This document shows, in pieces, positions 62,460 to 64,000 of a stretch of 64,000 nt of DNA. The position numbers were made by a program, and so were the translations under genes. The first letter of the stretch is position 1. Every line of letters begins with the position of its first letter. This stretch comes from Podarcis bocagei (taxonomy: Eukaryota), in the NCBI GenBank assembly GCA_964188305.1, contig OZ076893.1; one strand, written 5' to 3'. The notes under the pieces were generated by a model, which did not search any database, had not been told where the DNA came from, and saw only the letters and a program-made list of their open reading frames with translations.

Positions 62460-64000
62460 GGTAAATATGAAAATTCTGCCCCTTCAGTTGAAGGAAATCA
62501 AAGTTATGGTTCAATCTAACTGAATTTGTTTAATATTTCAGATGAAGAAAATCTATTGCAACCTGGCATGAAGTATATCCAAACAGAAGGACACATTATA
62601 ACAAATAAGCAATAAATAACCAGTGAAAAATAGTAAAATACAAATATTTGGGACCCTAAGGACTAAATACCAGATGCCCTTAACTGCATTGTTCTACCCT
62701 TGAGTGGAGGGCTCACTCCCTTCCTCCCCCGACCCTCAACAAAACAAAACCCTGCCTATGTTGACCTTTGATATGGATTGGGACTATGGGATGTAGGTTT
62801 TTTTAAAACCCATTGCTCCCATGCAATCAAAATAGAGCCTACAATTCACATGGTAAAAATGGTCCTGTTCGTTAAAGTCCTCAATCCTCCAGGCCAGGGG
62901 CCTGATCAGACTCTCTGTGGTGACAATTTGTGGGAGAAGAGAAAGCAATTTTATATTTACCTGTGCAGGATAGGACCTCCTATCCTTAGGGCATGCCTCC
63001 AAACTTGGAGCAGACTTTAACATGCACATTGTTATTAAATAAATGAGTTTCCCTGCAGTCTAGGCACCTTATCAGATTTAAAATGGCCTTTCCCTTGAAA
63101 GTGTGATTTCAGAATGTGCATCTTGATTTATGTTACGCAGAGGAACAGATAGAGAAGCAGTAGATAAATAGCACCTGACACTGATTTAAACAATTGCTGA
63201 ATACTTGCATGATAATGTCTACAGGTGCTTTCATTTTTAAAAGACCTGTGGAAGCAGGCCTGGTTCAATACTTGCTTTCTTTTGACTATATTTTTAAGCC
63301 TACAATCTAATCTTACATTATATAGATTTTTGCCTTTAGGTCATTGAAAAGTCAATAATAATGATGCTTATAAATTAATTTATCTCTAGCCCAGCATAAT
63401 AACCCTAATCTGCTATAAATCCAGTTGCCATATTTGCATATCCTGCATTTGCCTTAATTATGCTGTCGCCTAATTAGGAAGCTCAGTCTGGAGAAGAACT
63501 CACAAAAACCAATGGTGCAGAAAGCTGAAAAAGAGTTTATTCCACTTCATGGGTTTACAGCTATGGAATCCTATGGCAAAGTGGTTGGAACAGACTCTAT
63601 TTGTGAGGCAAACAGTGTTAGACAGAAGACACACGGCAATGACCTACCATGCTAATGAAAAGTGATATTGAAATTACTAATTCAGATAAGGGTACACAGA
63701 TTGCACTTTCTCCAAAGCGCAAAGGCCTGTCACTGAAACAAATGCACAGCCCTGGTTACAATTAATTTGATTCTTGTTCTTTTTAAGGCTCAGCTTGTAG
63801 ATTTAATTAAAGCTTTCATGCAGTAGGCACATTCAGCAAGTATCTGTGTTTAATGGCTTCTAGTGAGAGAGAAACAGAGAAGGCAAAGCTCCAAGTTAAC
63901 ATGCAATAATAAAATAAAAAAGAAATCCATAGGCACATTACCAGTCTTCCATATACACCTAGATTCAAACACTGTGAAAACATTATTTCAGTAGACTGTT

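Noticed and set aside
35861-64000. Transmembrane exon, or a ~30-nt Tyr/Ser-rich alternative exon like those of related R2B phosphatases
   Set aside because: Searched by eye on the minus strand and found no matching exon with splice sites. A very short exon could have been missed; spliced alignment would settle it.

Overview
Vertebrate genomic DNA, almost all intronic and AT-rich. The repeat content (Sauria SINE with ACCTTT tails, Ther1/MIR-derived SINEs with (CTT)n tails, CR1, L2, RTE) points to a squamate reptile, probably a lacertid lizard (inference). The window is an internal piece of the receptor tyrosine phosphatase mu gene PTPRM on the minus strand. I can read six GT-AG exons with consistent phases covering the juxtamembrane region to the start of phosphatase domain D1: 35709-35860, 33046-33120, 32527-32553 (27-nt microexon), 25110-25121 (12-nt microexon), 24173-24360 and 2571-2658. 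Positions 35861-64000 appear to be one large upstream intron. Almost all other ORFs in the track are spurious or decayed transposon fragments. I found no new protein-coding system. The most unusual structures are mobile-element rearrangements: (1) a TA-flanked TIR MITE at 15637-16309 that carries a ~420-bp copy of the intron DNA flanking a sister MITE 5 kb away, closed by an extra outer TIR; (2) a Sauria SINE insertion with a 3' tail at both ends inside one 13-bp target-site duplication; (3) two elements with shared CCGTA termini but unrelated interiors. There are also several near-perfect hairpins and an unexplained ~145-bp tandem array. All coordinates and mismatch counts were read by eye, and family names come from recall, not database searches.
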